Source of the DNA: a virus
Taxonomy: Duplodnaviria > Caudoviricetes
Strand: one strand, 5' to 3'
DNA length: 55,630 nucleotides
IMG/VR virus record: IMGVR_UViG_3300025930_000003
Location: 1 to 55,630 of that record
Shown: positions 10,001 through 19,451 of the stretch, one piece after another
Layout of the letters: each line of letters opens with the position of its first letter
Numbering within the stretch: the stretch's first letter is position 1
Translations under genes and position numbers: made by a program
Notes under the pieces: generated by a model
Told to the model about the DNA's origin: nothing
The model's input: only the letters and a program-made list of their open reading frames with translations
Database searches by the model: none

Positions 10001-13000
10001 ATCAGTAGAACCTTCTTTTGGATTAAGTCCTTTTATCCATTTCTCATAAGGAACATAATCTACCGCTTCCTTATCTTCAAATTTAGGTAATTTTCCTTCT
10101 TCTTCAGAGAATCTTTTACCAAGATTGGCTTCTCTTAAGTTAGAAGCAAGAGCAGATATTTTCCTTCTAAAATCTTCTGAACCAGCAGCAGGAATATATC
10201 CTCTTTCAACCATCATACCAATCATCTTGTCGCCAATAGGATCTTTTTTAGCAATAGCCTCTATAATCCTTTTGCCATGATACATTGGATCATTGTTAAA
10301 TGGAACTTTAGATTGATACTTAGTATGCAGGCCTTTCAGTATTGGCATCATAAACTTACCAATACCTTCTGCTTCTCTTTCCCAAGCATCATAGGTAGCA
10401 GCATATTCTTTATCAGAAATTTTAGGAAGATTTCCTTCTTCTTCAGAATATTTCCTACCTGACCTAAGTTCTTCAATTATCTTATCATTCAACTTAGTCC
10501 ATTGCTTACCTTCCTTAGATTCATGGTTAATAGCTTTGTATTCAGCCGCGAGCTTATTTAATTCGTCTGAGCCTAATTTATTCTTATATCGACCAAATAT
10601 AGTTTGTGCAGCCTCAGATACAGGAGTTCCTCCTAGTCCCTCATTCAACTCTGCATTTTCTACATCATATGGTTTTGTTACATTATGAATAGCATAAGAC
10701 ATTTCATCCATTACTTCATTTAAGGAATCTTCATTAGGTGTTTCACCCTCTTTAATTAGATACTCATTAGCTAATTTTTCTAATCTTTCATTATACTTTA
10801 TCTCTTCTAGTTTCTTTCCCATTGTATCTTCTACTCTTCTTTGCATCCTAGTAAGATTATGGATTCTGAAGTCACGATCTGAAATCATTTTCTTCCACTC
10901 TTCATGCTCTTTTCTAACCTTATCTAAAGGAGATTCTTCAGATTCAGAAAGCTTAGGAGTTTTAGCTGACAGATTCTTCTGTGCCTCAATCATTCTAGCA
11001 ATAGCACCTTTAAATTTAGCCTTATGTTCTTCTGTGCTTGCATGTCCAGAACCTAAAGAATCCCTAGTCTTATGGTAGGCTTTCTGTGTAGAACGATAGT
11101 CTTTCTTTGCAGAATCTAGTTCCTTTTTTAGATCTGCTAGTTCTTTATCTAGTGGTGAACTTTCATCTTCAGAAAGTTTAGGCTTATCTCGTTCAATAGT
11201 TAAAGAACTTTCTGTTGGATGAACTTCATAAGGAAATTCAACTGTTTTCGCCTCAGTTTCTAGATCTCTAAGTTGCTTTAATTGAGCTTCACTTAAACCA
11301 GACTTAGAAGCTTCTATCCATTTTCCTTTATAGTTTTGTCCAGTTGGACTCTTACCTACAGATTCAATCTTATAGACGTAAGACTTTAAATCAGGCTCAA
11401 TATCTTTATTACCTGTCATTCTAGCCCAATTGTTCTTATCAAATTCATTTATTCCAGCGTAACCTAGTTTCTGATAAATCTCATCTTTCTTTTTCTCAAA
11501 AGCTTCAAAGGCTTCTACTTTTTCTGGTTTAATAACTTTAATTCCAACTTTAGTTCTTACTTCTTTAGATGGTAGTTCTTTATCTAGTGGAGATTGTTCT
11601 GATTCTGCATTTTTATATGGTTTATATTTTCTTTCTGGAGAAGCATTATCATCCGGATATAAATTAGAAACTTTATCAGCAAGTTGCCTTGCTTTCTTAA
11701 AGGCTTTATTATATTCAGGTGAATCAATTCCATGATAAAGATAAGCATTTTCCATCTCTTGATGGGCTTCTTCTAACTTAACAAATAATTCTGCTCTATC
11801 CTGTTCAAAGTCTTTTTTACCTATCTCCCTATCTGTAGATTTACCATATTTATCTAAAGGAGATTCTTCAGATTCTGCATTTTTAGCTTCTGGATGAATA
11901 GCTGGAAAATCTTGTTTTGGTCTATTTTGAGACTCTAGAACAAGAGCATTATATCGCTTAGCTAAAGCTAATCTATTTGATCTTGCTCTTAAGTATTCAG
12001 GAGAATCCTCTCCAAAGATTTTCTTCATCTTCTTCTCCATAAAGACAGAAGCCTTAAAATCCTCATCCATTCTTTTTAAATTATCCCCAAGTTTATTTCT
12101 TTCCTCAATAAACTCTTCCTTTCCCATAGGAGGTTCAAATCCAGCATTTTCTTCTTCTGAGTATTTACCTTCTTCCTCTGAATAAACTTTAGGAGTTCTA
12201 GCTTCCTCTATAGTAGTTTTTTCTTCAGGAGGAGCAGTAACTTTAGGAGTATATCCTTTGCCAAAAGTCTCATGAAAAGGAGCATCATTGATAAGCTTAT
12301 TAGAAAGCAAACGAACAAAATCTTTAGATTCCGCATTACCATATTTAACTTTTACAGCAGACCAGAAGTCTTTTAAGAAAGCTTTAAATTTACCATCTCC
12401 ATCTGTTCTTAATACACGTCGAATAGCATCTTCACCAGTATGTGTAGCATACCATTCTCTTACAGAACCATTCTTTCCTTCCTTTTTCCTTGCTTTAGCC
12501 CATTCCTGATATTCAGTAGATTTCTCTACAGTTCTATCACCCTTTGTGACCATCTTCTTTTCCGCATCGGTTCCATGATTTATTAGATCCTCTCTGAATC
12601 CTTCAAAAATCTCGTGCGGTGTTGTATCAATAGTAGCTTTAGTTGGATGAATTAAAGCAATAGCTGTTTCTAGTCCTTCTCTTGGAAGCATTTCTCCTTT
12701 TGCTTCTACAGTTCCAACTACTTTGCCTTCTTTATCATAGATATTCTTTACTGGAACTTTTTTCTGAACGTCTATATTTCTAGTAATACCAAGGCGTTGA
12801 AACATCTTAAAAAGCCTATTAGTTGGCTTTAAAGTAAGTCCTTCTTTTTCTGCTCCTTTTATTAAAGGATCTTGTCTTTTAGCTGAGATTTCAGAAAGTT
12901 TAGATTCAGGTAAAGTTCCTTCTTCTTCACTATATAATCCACCCTCATTTAAGTCTGTATCTTCTCTTCTAGGATACTTTAGCTTATTTACATCTTCCTC

Positions 13001-14389
13001 TTTGCTTTCTAGCATTTTACTCTCTAGAGGAACATCTTCTTTTACCTGTTGTTGCTTAGCAATCTCATCAGCAACTTTAAGATCTTTCTCAGTCTGAGCT
13101 TGTTTAGCTGCGGCTTCTACTTCTTCAGCAGACAGTGGAACTTTAGCTTGTTCTTCTAGAGGGACTTCAGGTTCAGTAGTTAGCTTCTTCTCTTTAGGAA
13201 CCTTACCTTCTTTATATGATTTACCAAATTTCTCCGCATCAGCTTGAGCTTTCTCTTCTGCTAATCTAATCTGATGTTCTTGTTGATTCTTGTATTCATC
13301 TCTTAAAGCAGCTTTCTCATCCTCAGAAAGATTCTTAAACTCTTTCTCATAATTTAGATCATGATAGTCTGCTACAGCTTCATCTTCTTTATGATATTGT
13401 TCTGCTGTAGCTTCTGCTTCCGCTTTAGCTTTTGCTTCTTCCTCATCTAGTTTTGCTGCAAGCTTCTGCTCTTTTTCAACTCTCTTTTCTTGCTGCTTCA
13501 TTAGCCTAAGAGCTTGAGATTCTGTTTCTTTAGCCGCAGCCTTTTCTTCATATCCAGAAACTACAGGTTCAGTAGAAAGTGGAGATTTAGGTCTAATTGT
13601 AGTATCTGGCTCTTCAACAACTTCAGACTCTACATCTACAGCACCTTTTCTCTGTGCCTCTCTAGCACCCTTAAATTCTGGTTCTCTATAAACATTTGGA
13701 TGGAGTCCAATTTTCTTTGTCCATTGTCTAGGATCACTTAAGAGTCCACCACCTACAGTTTCAAGTCCTAAAATACCAAGAGCTTCTGGGTCACCTTGTA
13801 GGGCTTTAGTCCTAATATCTTTATCTGTTGCTAACCTTAAAGTTGGTTGAATAGCAGCATTTAGAGCTACATTTTTAAGAGCATTCAAATCAGCAGCGGG
13901 AACTGTTCTATAAGGTGTAATAAGTCCAGATAAAGCTCTACCAGCACCAGGTAATGCTTTAACACTAGAACCTAAAGTTGGCAAAGCAGAAGCAATTCCT
14001 CCTACAGTAGTAGCAACTGGGTGTTCTTGAACATCAGTCTCTAGCTGTTGAGATAGTTCTGGAGAAACTTCTTCAATAGCCTTTTTCTGTAACCAATGTG
14101 TTCCTAAAGAAGCAACAAGTCCAGTTCCTAAACCAGCAACTAATGAAGCACCACCAGTAAAAGGAGCTGCGGCAAGAGAACCTGCTACTAATCCAGCAGT
14201 TGTAGGTAATACTCCAGTTCCGAAACTTCTAGCTCCAGCAGCATAAGGATTACTCTTAGGTTTTATTACGCTTGGAGTAGTAGAAACATTAGCAGATTGA
14301 CCTTCTGCTTCATCTACTAAATCATATTCATCAGGATTTAATCCCTGATCTTTTAGCTTCTGTCTAGTTTGGTAGTCGTAGATTGGCAT
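7040..14389 (-). CDS. Giant internal virion/ejection protein (polyvalent-protein-like)
   Basis: 2449 aa at the end of the structural operon; Gly/Ala-rich N-terminus, charged coiled coils, repeated YSEEEG/SEESPLDK linkers, helical C-terminus. Confidence 0.7.
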   Translation of the reverse strand: MPIYDYQTRQKLKDQGLNPDEYDLVDEAEGQSANVSTTPSVIKPKSNPYAAGARSFGTGVLPTTAGLVAGSLAAAPFTGGASLVAGLGTGLVASLGTHWLQKKAIEEVSPELSQQLETDVQEHPVATTVGGIASALPTLGSSVKALPGAGRALSGLITPYRTVPAADLNALKNVALNAAIQPTLRLATDKDIRTKALQGDPEALGILGLETVGGGLLSDPRQWTKKIGLHPNVYREPEFKGAREAQRKGAVDVESEVVEEPDTTIRPKSPLSTEPVVSGYEEKAAAKETESQALRLMKQQEKRVEKEQKLAAKLDEEEAKAKAEAEATAEQYHKEDEAVADYHDLNYEKEFKNLSEDEKAALRDEYKNQQEHQIRLAEEKAQADAEKFGKSYKEGKVPKEKKLTTEPEVPLEEQAKVPLSAEEVEAAAKQAQTEKDLKVADEIAKQQQVKEDVPLESKMLESKEEDVNKLKYPRREDTDLNEGGLYSEEEGTLPESKLSEISAKRQDPLIKGAEKEGLTLKPTNRLFKMFQRLGITRNIDVQKKVPVKNIYDKEGKVVGTVEAKGEMLPREGLETAIALIHPTKATIDTTPHEIFEGFREDLINHGTDAEKKMVTKGDRTVEKSTEYQEWAKARKKEGKNGSVREWYATHTGEDAIRRVLRTDGDGKFKAFLKDFWSAVKVKYGNAESKDFVRLLSNKLINDAPFHETFGKGYTPKVTAPPEEKTTIEEARTPKVYSEEEGKYSEEENAGFEPPMGKEEFIEERNKLGDNLKRMDEDFKASVFMEKKMKKIFGEDSPEYLRARSNRLALAKRYNALVLESQNRPKQDFPAIHPEAKNAESEESPLDKYGKSTDREIGKKDFEQDRAELFVKLEEAHQEMENAYLYHGIDSPEYNKAFKKARQLADKVSNLYPDDNASPERKYKPYKNAESEQSPLDKELPSKEVRTKVGIKVIKPEKVEAFEAFEKKKDEIYQKLGYAGINEFDKNNWARMTGNKDIEPDLKSYVYKIESVGKSPTGQNYKGKWIEASKSGLSEAQLKQLRDLETEAKTVEFPYEVHPTESSLTIERDKPKLSEDESSPLDKELADLKKELDSAKKDYRSTQKAYHKTRDSLGSGHASTEEHKAKFKGAIARMIEAQKNLSAKTPKLSESEESPLDKVRKEHEEWKKMISDRDFRIHNLTRMQRRVEDTMGKKLEEIKYNERLEKLANEYLIKEGETPNEDSLNEVMDEMSYAIHNVTKPYDVENAELNEGLGGTPVSEAAQTIFGRYKNKLGSDELNKLAAEYKAINHESKEGKQWTKLNDKIIEELRSGRKYSEEEGNLPKISDKEYAATYDAWEREAEGIGKFMMPILKGLHTKYQSKVPFNNDPMYHGKRIIEAIAKKDPIGDKMIGMMVERGYIPAAGSEDFRRKISALASNLREANLGKRFSEEEGKLPKFEDKEAVDYVPYEKWIKGLNPKEGSTDSGLTQYQEAWKQKYSGEAIDKQLEEDWTEFQEDPDNQKLLSDFVGTGTFDINDLRDLLRESDGSINVTKTAKEVKKAFLEQYPEHTNSKKHISYEDGMKEVTREDLMDIDFSKTHDLEDFGERGINDPDVIWKNWPKYRSEVYNQNPELAFAIDAVLGTTKNYHGPSTTGGKYSNYYSEEEGSKLPRFSEDETTQKLKMVAEKHDIDPSTLPVSRTPWEMHLFGLRPEIDKIPDKSIKDSFSDFFEKITENRGKYVNGILRKIRNQTNLSSLIDNIRNVPDYLKQDTKELQNVRQWFDNVQDKKPNIDLTENEVKIRDAINEAMQLVDTDKTARGIGPKNRLKKNFLPQTPSNEVIGELQERPDSAKSAQYKQEFLDYQTKVEGKTPERAAEDLKAYLRSFTKEKVNIAKQFSQIDKAEVLNIPPEWREKNLLNRLNRYMERVSRRFAYHDAIGSKEGLLENIKKYQGNEAVSNVYDDITGINPKEEQFLNALGGNVRAGRMGILTGIKDFTTNFTLGMQHQQNPIQTIRSAIDAFSNMSQNISDSFKTGRNRTNMNSLEWNESPDLISTLRRTRDILSDVQGRNYLEQMTRATAFGMGRFTTLDFHSQFHNGKLGKQGKKWFDDFGKDIDWKKAELTPEDINKISARYVDSVQGTYDPRGLPSIAMKGQLSPVLSLARWNIEKANNFMKHVVNPLKNGNPYPALMATVGGLIGGAAVTKLVEAITGRKEKTPKLEEIKAISEEEGKDTKMASLYKLTGLAAASGYAGMLGDISKGVMDTMYGRNKPQWYNNILLDAAADTADLAFSLAKSSNDNGFSPELVGDAIGKFIEDNIQTSRMIMAQVSAERKDEIERANKFRDLRVYNTLAGNPIRDLSTDWGQRQFGPDDMKKFKRTGDVGEAVELLPKLLDKAFEKADGDPERLIAELGKIKKNSYQTMPNPDTIPLRFIRYLTYLEKSQGEEVAQNRLADYLMQNAVNEAKSSAVP
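9425..12935 (-). repeat. About ten linker repeats [YF]SEEEG-x-LP and SE-x-E-x-SPLDK in the giant ORF
   Basis: Copies near 12920, 12175, 12155, 11865, 11595, 11160, 10935, 10440, 10100, 9460; DNA identity e.g. TATCTAAAGGAGATTCTTCAGATTC at 10921 and 11851. Confidence 0.85.
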
Positions 14390-14390
14390 A

Positions 14391-15569
14391 TTAAGGTTTC
14401 TTTTTTCTTACCCAACCAACTCCAGGAACAAACTGCATATCTGGATTTACAGGGCCAGTAGAAGTAGGAGGAATTTCTCCCATTGGATTAGATAGTCTCT
14501 TTGCTTTAATTCTTTGAATGTCAGTTTCTGCTTGCTCTATTTTAGAGGGGCCAGAATAAAATGGCTTACCTGGATGTGCAATATCAACAATACTTTCTCC
14601 TTGAGAAGCAGGAAATAGTCTCTTTCTTAATTCATCATAATAATTCTGTTCAGCCATCCTAGGAATAATTTGCATTCTTTGTTGTTGTAAAAGAGGCTGT
14701 GCTTCTAGTTCTCCTCTAGCAGCTATATTTTTAAACTGTGATTCTCTTCCAGCAGTATCTAGATCGTTAGCTCTAGTAATATCACTTATATCTAAACCTT
14801 TTCTAGCTGTCTCATAACCTAGCATATTTTCAGCACCAAGTTTCTCCGCTCCAATTTTCTTTGCTGCAATTCTAGGTTCTGTTAGTGTATTACCGAACAT
14901 ATCTACATTTCTCTCTGTAGGAACAATACCTTCACCAGCAACTAAATCAACTCCAGATTCAGTTCTTTTCTTATTTATATCTAAAGGATCAATAGCTTGC
15001 CTTCTAGAAACCTCATTTTTGGTTCTAATAGCACCAAGTTGTTCTTCTTCACCTAGTTTCTGTCTAGTTTTTTCTGGGCCAACAGTTTTAAGATTTTCTA
15101 GTTCTGCATCTGTATCTATTTTATGTTGAGCAATAGATTTCTTTAGATCTAGTGGATCAATATTGAGTCTCTTTTGTAGCTCAGCATCATTAGCTAATGC
15201 ATTAAGAGCTTTTTGTCTCTCTAGAAGTGGCTTACTAAGCGCAGTCTCTCTTTCTACATCAAGAGGAATCTTAGCTTTTGTAGTTCTAAGTTCAGCCTTT
15301 TCTGCTTCTCTTGCTTCTTGTGCTCTAATATTTGCTCTATTAGCTTCTGATTGACCTTGGCCAGTATAATCTCTAGATTTATCTTTAACTCTATATTGTT
15401 GCGGCGGAGTTTCTATAATTCCACCAGCTTGTGTTGGCCCCTCAAATGGAACATTAGGAATTGGTTCAACTTCTCCAGTTCCAGCACCACCTAAAGCACC
15501 TAAAAGGATAGCACCTAGATCAATGTTACCTTTTCCTCTAGTTTGATATTGTCGATTTCTTGGAGGCAT
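14391..15569 (-). CDS. Putative internal virion (ejection) protein
   Basis: Position; LGALGGAG N-terminus, charged helices. Confidence 0.55.
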   Translation of the reverse strand: MPPRNRQYQTRGKGNIDLGAILLGALGGAGTGEVEPIPNVPFEGPTQAGGIIETPPQQYRVKDKSRDYTGQGQSEANRANIRAQEAREAEKAELRTTKAKIPLDVERETALSKPLLERQKALNALANDAELQKRLNIDPLDLKKSIAQHKIDTDAELENLKTVGPEKTRQKLGEEEQLGAIRTKNEVSRRQAIDPLDINKKRTESGVDLVAGEGIVPTERNVDMFGNTLTEPRIAAKKIGAEKLGAENMLGYETARKGLDISDITRANDLDTAGRESQFKNIAARGELEAQPLLQQQRMQIIPRMAEQNYYDELRKRLFPASQGESIVDIAHPGKPFYSGPSKIEQAETDIQRIKAKRLSNPMGEIPPTSTGPVNPDMQFVPGVGWVRKKKP

Positions 15570-15573
15570 AGTT

Positions 15574-15936
15574 TTATTTTAGTTCAAAGTCAACCGAAGC
15601 AGATACAGGTTCATATCCAGGAAAGAATTTAGAGAAGTTGATAAAGATAAGTGGCAAATTAGAAACTTCAAATCTATGAAGAAATCCATAGGGAACAGAA
15701 AATGTCCTAAAGCAATGATACCATTTAGGTGTAAAAGATTGTTCTTTCTGATCTTTTTTCTCTCTTCTGAAAAAGGTAGTTTTTCCAAAGATATACATAA
15801 GTTCTATTCTCTCGTTTGGATGCGAATGTTCTTTTATTTTGTATCCTCTAGGACAATACCAAATCTCTACATACCTTCTCTTAAACTTAAAGAGCGGTAT
15901 TCCTATACACTGTTCATATCGGTGCACCAAGCTCAT
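15574..15936 (-). CDS. Cupin-fold protein
   Basis: H-x-H-x4-E (HSHPNERIE) and P-x-G-x-x-H (VPYGFLH). Confidence 0.65.
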   Translation of the reverse strand: MSLVHRYEQCIGIPLFKFKRRYVEIWYCPRGYKIKEHSHPNERIELMYIFGKTTFFRREKKDQKEQSFTPKWYHCFRTFSVPYGFLHRFEVSNLPLIFINFSKFFPGYEPVSASVDFELK

Positions 15937-16360
15937 TGTGATGTGTATGATAGCTAATTTCTCTTAATTCCTGGGAAGCTTTCCTTCTAACATCTATTCC
16001 ATGAAGTATTTCTATTACAGCTAAAATAACTTCATTTCCATGTGTCCTTAAAATATCAGCATAATTCCTTTTCCACTCTTCTTTTGATTTTTCCATCAAG
16101 ACTGAATCCATATAAGTGTTAGATGCGGCCTTACATAGAGAATAAAGAATGTGCATATTCTGTAGATAGAAAGGATAGCTATAAACCATAGCTGCTAGCT
16201 CAAAAGTCTTTAGAATAAACTCTGAATCTGTCTTATCCCCATCAATAATATCATCTATAGCATGAACATAAACGCCATATCCAAGTATCCAGATATGTGC
16301 ATCTATATTGTGTCCAATATACTTAGCTATAAACTCTATATATGCTTTTCTGTAGTTCAT
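15914..16360 (-). CDS. All-alpha protein with DDxxD motif
   Basis: HAIDDIIDGD. Confidence 0.55.
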   Translation of the reverse strand: MNYRKAYIEFIAKYIGHNIDAHIWILGYGVYVHAIDDIIDGDKTDSEFILKTFELAAMVYSYPFYLQNMHILYSLCKAASNTYMDSVLMEKSKEEWKRNYADILRTHGNEVILAVIEILHGIDVRRKASQELREISYHTHHNELGAPI

Positions 16361-17166
16361 TACACGCTAATATCAGGAGATGTCTCATTAATCCTATCTA
16401 GAATATCTCTTCTCTGGCTATTTATATCTTGCTGCTGACCAACTAAACCAGCACTTGTTCCCATTATTCCAGAAGCAGCACCAACAGCTTGGTTTTGTGT
16501 ATCTTTTACTCCTGCAAAATTAGTTAAACCAGTATTTGTTGGGCCTTTACCTAAAGCTATATTAGCTGTATTAAAGGTTCCAGAAGCAGGAGCAAGAAAG
16601 CCAGATGCGGTATTAATTGCTTGACCAAGTGCATCTCTTCTTTTCTGCTGTTCATTACCAAATGAAAGTGCATTAGCTACTGTCCTAGTAGAGCTTGGAG
16701 TAGTAAGATTTCCAGATCGAGCATTTTCTTGTGAAACAAGTCTTTCAGCTTCTGGGTTCGCATCTGACAAGTTAATGGAACCTAACAGTTCACCTAATTT
16801 AGCCGCACCAGCTTCTCTTGTTTTGTAGTATTCTGGATTAACTGATCTATCTAAATCAGATAGATTCCTTACAGTATCTCCACCGGCTCCTTTTAATATA
16901 TCTGCATCTGTTCTAGCTGTTGCTTCTCTAGATATTCTATCGGCTCCAGCACCAGCAGTTGCTAATCTAGGAGCGAACTTTTCATAGAGAGAAGTCAATA
17001 ATTCTTGATACTGTGGTGCTATCTCTTGTTGTGTTGCAAGTTCTGATCTAGCCTGTGGCGCAAGTTGAGCATTAACCGTATTCATGTAAGCTGGCAAGTT
17101 CTGTATTACGTTATTAATAACGTCAGAACTTAAACCAGTGCCACTTTGAGCTTTTGGATCAGCCAT
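16360..17166 (-). CDS. Putative DNA transfer/pilot internal virion protein
   Basis: A/G/N/Q/T-rich low-complexity helical protein in the ejection cluster. Confidence 0.55.
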   Translation of the reverse strand: MADPKAQSGTGLSSDVINNVIQNLPAYMNTVNAQLAPQARSELATQQEIAPQYQELLTSLYEKFAPRLATAGAGADRISREATARTDADILKGAGGDTVRNLSDLDRSVNPEYYKTREAGAAKLGELLGSINLSDANPEAERLVSQENARSGNLTTPSSTRTVANALSFGNEQQKRRDALGQAINTASGFLAPASGTFNTANIALGKGPTNTGLTNFAGVKDTQNQAVGAASGIMGTSAGLVGQQQDINSQRRDILDRINETSPDISV

Positions 17167-17167
17167 A

Positions 17168-17476
17168 TTATAATTTTATTTGTTTGAGGTTTCCCCTTCT
17201 ATAAGCTGTTAAAATGTAACCGCTGTATGTTTTCTTAAAGTATTTTATATAATCTCTCAAATGACCCTTTGCTACAATAGCTTTTACGTGTAAAATTCTC
17301 TTATTCTTATCTTCGCTCGCTATACATATTCCAACTAAATCACCCTTTTCGTCTGTTGTATAAATAAGGGACTTATTGTTTATTGCCCTAACTATCTCAT
17401 GACTTATCGCATTTAAATCCCAATCTTTTAGGCAGTAATCTTGAACAAATCGAGCGGCTTCTGAAATAGATACCAT
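17168..17476 (-). CDS. Small protein, possibly GNAT-like virion assembly protein
   Basis: G-x-LVG strand and position matching podovirus acetyltransferase-like genes. Confidence 0.4.
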   Translation of the reverse strand: MVSISEAARFVQDYCLKDWDLNAISHEIVRAINNKSLIYTTDEKGDLVGICIASEDKNKRILHVKAIVAKGHLRDYIKYFKKTYSGYILTAYRRGNLKQIKL

Positions 17477-17814
17477 TATTCATCTAGGATTTTAGAGGTT
17501 CGCATTTTACCAAGTAGTTCATTATAGCTTGTCTGCAAAGCAATAAAAGCATTCTTCAGTTCAACAAAAGATTCCTTAGTAGGAACTTCTCCTAGAGTAA
17601 CACCATCTACTTGTAAGTTGAAAGTGTCTGAATTGACTAATTCTGTCTCTTCAAATTCCGTAGCAACAACCTGCTTAAAAGTTCCATAGGCAGAAGTAGT
17701 CCCAACAGGAACTCTAATATCTTCAAAGAATTGCTGTAGTGCATCTTTACTCTCCCAAGCAATTGTGTCACTAACAAATTCAGTAAAACTTAAAGTAGCT
17801 CCAGATGGTATCAT
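17476..17814 (-). CDS. Small fibre/needle-like virion protein
   Basis: C-terminal YNELLGKMR-x-x-x-IL trimerisation-like helix. Confidence 0.45.
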   Translation of the reverse strand: MIPSGATLSFTEFVSDTIAWESKDALQQFFEDIRVPVGTTSAYGTFKQVVATEFEETELVNSDTFNLQVDGVTLGEVPTKESFVELKNAFIALQTSYNELLGKMRTSKILDE

Positions 17815-19451
17815 TTGTTATAAAGGGATGATTGTTGATCTAGACTGGTAGTATTATTTTTCTCATCTACTTGAGTGTGAAGGAGAAGTAACTTAGAGGC
17901 ATTATTCCAAGAAAGCTTTGGAGAAACTTTCCAACCTGTAGTTCCTAATTGTCTAAAGTTGAAATTCACAACATCTGTTGATCTAGTATCAAAGAAAGTA
18001 ACTGGATACATTACAGGATAATAAATACCTTGCCTTGCTTTACCTAATTCCTGGACTACAGATTCACCTTCTTTATTGTTTATTACTTCTGTAGCTGTAG
18101 CAGTAGCAGGAACATCAGGATTATCAAATACCGCTCTAACATTTTGAAGTTTTAGCTCTGAATCTGCTCTAGATATATTGAAAGCTTTTGGCCTAAGAAT
18201 CCCAGTTCTTCTAGTAGAAGATGAGAAAAGTTTAAAAACCTTACTTTCTGTTATAGCATAAAGTGTTGGATTTTCACTTTGATCTGCTACCGCGAACTGT
18301 TTTATAGGATTCTCCAATTCTACAAAACTTGCCCACTTCTGTCTTAATGTATCATAGAGAGCTAGAACATTTCCAAAGTTAGTAAGAACAGAAAAGATAG
18401 CATAGTTATCAAATACGATAGAAGCAGTTAAAGTTGTCTGCTTTATCTTAGCAAATGCTTTCGCGATAAGAATAGAAAAGATGCTATTTCTACCTTCATT
18501 TGTTAGCATAGATACAGCATTAAAAGAACGAAGTCCATCAAAGTCAATGAAAGCGTAATCACCAAGAATATCTATAAAAGATTCCTGATTTATTACACCA
18601 GCATAAATGGGCTTTCTATTTAGAAAGGTCGGCTCTTGAAAAATCACCTTATCAAAGTTAAATTCAATAGGAAATAGATTTCTAGAAGTTCCTACCATTA
18701 ATTCACCAGAATTAAGAGGCCTTAGACAATTTATAGCGTCATAACCTACAGCATAATCTGTAGTATTTGCATCTCCACCTTTATTCCCATGAACATCAAC
18801 ATTAACTACAAAATCCAGAGGTCTGCCTGAAACAGAACGAAGAATTCTTCTTTTGTCTGGTGCGATACCAAAAAGAATTCCATTCATGTAGGCCATTTGC
18901 CTCATTATAGGAACATAAGTTCTATCATCTTGTGTCCATTCAAGATATTTCTTCAATCTAGTAGCTTCTGCTAAAGGAGAAATAAACCAACCTTGAGAAA
19001 GTCCATCTTGAACTACAAGTCCCTCATTTGTTGTAGTTATGAGAGTATTCTTTGTAGTTACATTCGTTGAAGCGGAAGTTCCATCAATTCTATTGGGAAT
19101 ATCTAGAACTCTTACGAAATTAAAAGTGGAAGCGGGAACCGCTTGAGCAAATATATAGTCAACTGATGGATTTACAAAAATATCATCAATTTGTATCCAC
19201 TCTGTATCATCTACTTCTCTATAAAAACAAAGTCCTTGATTGAAGAGAACTAGATATTTATCGAAAGCAAAAAGTCCTTGTTTCTTTCCTACTGGTGCTG
19301 CAATATCTTCTTCATCTTCCTTTATACATTCTAGCGCGGAATCCCTATTTAGTATATTAAATGACAGACCATATTCAGTATCAGACAATTTCGTATCATG
19401 GGAAAAAAGATTCATCCCAGAAGAGAAATCTGTTTGAATAAAGTCTTGCAT
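17811..19451 (-). CDS. Tail nozzle/stabilisation protein (tubular B-like)
   Basis: N-terminal DFSSGMN, beta-rich 546 aa, follows the adaptor. Confidence 0.6.
   Translation of the reverse strand: MQDFIQTDFSSGMNLFSHDTKLSDTEYGLSFNILNRDSALECIKEDEEDIAAPVGKKQGLFAFDKYLVLFNQGLCFYREVDDTEWIQIDDIFVNPSVDYIFAQAVPASTFNFVRVLDIPNRIDGTSASTNVTTKNTLITTTNEGLVVQDGLSQGWFISPLAEATRLKKYLEWTQDDRTYVPIMRQMAYMNGILFGIAPDKRRILRSVSGRPLDFVVNVDVHGNKGGDANTTDYAVGYDAINCLRPLNSGELMVGTSRNLFPIEFNFDKVIFQEPTFLNRKPIYAGVINQESFIDILGDYAFIDFDGLRSFNAVSMLTNEGRNSIFSILIAKAFAKIKQTTLTASIVFDNYAIFSVLTNFGNVLALYDTLRQKWASFVELENPIKQFAVADQSENPTLYAITESKVFKLFSSSTRRTGILRPKAFNISRADSELKLQNVRAVFDNPDVPATATATEVINNKEGESVVQELGKARQGIYYPVMYPVTFFDTRSTDVVNFNFRQLGTTGWKVSPKLSWNNASKLLLLHTQVDEKNNTTSLDQQSSLYNK

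Noticed and set aside
12600-12630. Active zincin metalloprotease in the giant protein
   Set aside because: Motif reads HEIFE, not HExxH; at most a degenerate remnant
7392-15957. Plus-strand ORFs opposite the structural genes (and minus-strand ORFs opposite plus-arm genes)
   Set aside because: Antisense shadows of long, well-supported genes with biased composition
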